DNA of 32,000 nt from positions 420,001 through 452,000 of the forward strand of contig NC_018267.1 of NCBI RefSeq assembly GCF_000306885.1, in the 5' to 3' direction. Source of the stretch: Wolbachia endosymbiont of Onchocerca ochengi. Lineage in GTDB: Bacteria > Pseudomonadota > Alphaproteobacteria > Rickettsiales > Anaplasmataceae. Positions 30,514-32,000 of the stretch are shown piece after piece. The notes beneath the pieces are model-generated. The model did no database searches. It saw nothing but the letters and a program-made list of their open reading frames with translations, and was not told the origin of the DNA. How positions within the stretch are numbered: the stretch's first letter is position 1; every line of letters begins with the position of its first letter. Both the position numbers and the translations under genes were made by a program.

Positions 30514-31845
30514 CTACTTATCCTTTACTTTTTTTAATCTTGCAACGATCCTTTTTCTACCAATAAAAACTAACAACTTAGCAAGTTCAGGACCTGTTTT
30601 TGTGCCTGTTAAAGCTAAACGAAGCTGCATAAATAAGTCTTTTGTTTTTGTATCCACTACCTTTCGAATAGCTTTAACCCATTCTGATAATGTGTTTTCA
30701 TTACAATCACCTTGCGGCAATACATTGAGCGCAATTTTTATAGTCTCCTTATCAAAAATCACAGGTTCTATATCGGATTTGCATATTTGCCACCACTTTG
30801 CTACCTCCGAAAACTTTTCTATATTGCTTCTTATAAAATACCAAAACTCCGAAGAGTTTACTCTGATTTGATTTAGACGCTCTTTCACCGCTTTAAATGG
30901 CATCTGCTGCAGAGCTTTACTATTTAGCTTATATACTTCACTCAGACTAAATCGGGTAGATGCTGAGCTAAATTTTTTAATGTCAAATGAGTCAATCAAA
31001 GATTGCATATCAACATGAGCCTTAATAGGATCTGATGTTCCAAGCTTTGCTAAATAGCTAACGAGCGTAATTGGTTCAATTTCATTTTTTTTGATAAGTC
31101 TGATGTCCAATCCACCTTTTCGCTTTGATATCTTGCTATCATTGAAATGTAGCAGAGAAAGGTGAGCAAACGTTGGAGCTTTTGTTTTTAATGCTAGTAT
31201 TATTTGTATTTGCGCTACAGTGTTAGGTATATGATCTTCCCCACGTATGATATGGGTTATATTAAAATCAATATCATCGATGACAGAGGGTAGCATATAT
31301 GTATAAATTCCGTCTTCTCTTCTTACTATAGGATCACTGATGTGACTAGTTGCAATATTTATTTTACCTTTAATTTCATCGTCCCATTTAACGATTTCAT
31401 TTCTATCCAACTTAAATCTAAAATATGGTTTTCGTCCTTCTTGCTCATAACTAGCTTTCTCCTGCTTAGTTAGAAATAGTGCACTTCTATCGTAAATGGG
31501 AGGAAGTCCACGTTTTAGTTGCAGTTTGCGTTTAATATCTAGCTCCTTTCTTGTTTCATAGCATGTATAAATATGCCCTTCTTTTACTAACTGCAAAAAC
31601 ACCTCGTTGTAGCGCTCAAAGCGCTCTGATTGCTTAAAATTTAAATCCCAATCTATATTAACCCATTGCAAGTCTTGTATGATGCTATTTATATACTTGA
31701 TATCTGAACGCTGGAAGTCAGTATCGTCAAAACGAAGCAGAAATTTTCCGTTTTGACTGCGTGTATACATCCAGCAGATAAGTGCGGTGCGAATATTCCC
31801 TACATGAAGATAGCCAGTTGGGCTTGGGGCGAATCTTGTTAGCAT
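30514..31845 (-). CDS. gltX: Glutamyl-tRNA synthetase
   Basis: 443 aa ORF: HIGH-type '[20 protein letters not shown]', '[38 protein letters not shown]', KMSKS-type 'SKISKRKGG'. Confidence 0.95.
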   Translation of the reverse strand: MLTRFAPSPTGYLHVGNIRTALICWMYTRSQNGKFLLRFDDTDFQRSDIKYINSIIQDLQWVNIDWDLNFKQSERFERYNEVFLQLVKEGHIYTCYETRKELDIKRKLQLKRGLPPIYDRSALFLTKQEKASYEQEGRKPYFRFKLDRNEIVKWDDEIKGKINIATSHISDPIVRREDGIYTYMLPSVIDDIDFNITHIIRGEDHIPNTVAQIQIILALKTKAPTFAHLSLLHFNDSKISKRKGGLDIRLIKKNEIEPITLVSYLAKLGTSDPIKAHVDMQSLIDSFDIKKFSSASTRFSLSEVYKLNSKALQQMPFKAVKERLNQIRVNSSEFWYFIRSNIEKFSEVAKWWQICKSDIEPVIFDKETIKIALNVLPQGDCNENTLSEWVKAIRKVVDTKTKDLFMQLRLALTGTKTGPELAKLLVFIGRKRIVARLKKVKDK

Positions 31846-32000
31846 TTATGTCTCTAGCTTCTTTTAATTTTATATAAATATGCAACTAAAGCAAGAAAAG
31901 CAATTTAAGTTTGTGTAAATACTTTGTTTACTAAAAGAGTTTAAGTAGCTAATAGAGATACGAAGCAAAACTATTTAACAGACTTTGCCAGTCTTCTTAT

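Noticed and set aside
13536-31845. tRNA-Glu and gltX in the same window as a possible functional pairing
   Set aside because: They are 17 kb apart with many unrelated genes between them, so nothing in the sequence supports a link.
1-32000. Search for CRISPR arrays, prophage genes, transposases, toxin-antitoxin or defence modules
   Set aside because: No regularly spaced repeats and no proteins of these classes were seen. The window is essentially housekeeping genes plus decay products.

Overview
The window looks like a slice of an AT-rich Wolbachia-like (Rickettsiales) chromosome. That assignment is an inference from protein content and sequence style. It is mostly housekeeping genes: a heme-copper oxidase subunit I-like protein, nuoE, tgt, an MrpD/NuoL-type antiporter subunit, a degenerate ispA-like polyprenyl synthase next to a putative FKBP-like membrane-anchored protein, acpP-fabF, an AEC-family transporter, gatA, tRNA-Glu(TTC), rnc, pyrD, tRNA-Cys(GCA), class I fructose-bisphosphate aldolase, priA, sdhA, a large ankyrin-repeat protein, pyrC and gltX. 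Several long gaps hold gene remnants. The clearest is an almost full-length but heavily mutated clpA pseudogene (about 17525-19720, minus). The most notable other signals are an ~80-codon in-frame insertion in priA that looks like a Wolbachia palindromic/dispersed element, an intact polyprenyl-synthase ORF with eroded catalytic motifs overlapping a gene for tandem FKBP-like modules, and a charged ankyrin-repeat protein with a C-terminal membrane segment. I found no CRISPR array, prophage, transposase, toxin-antitoxin or defence operon, and no convincing new multi-gene system.
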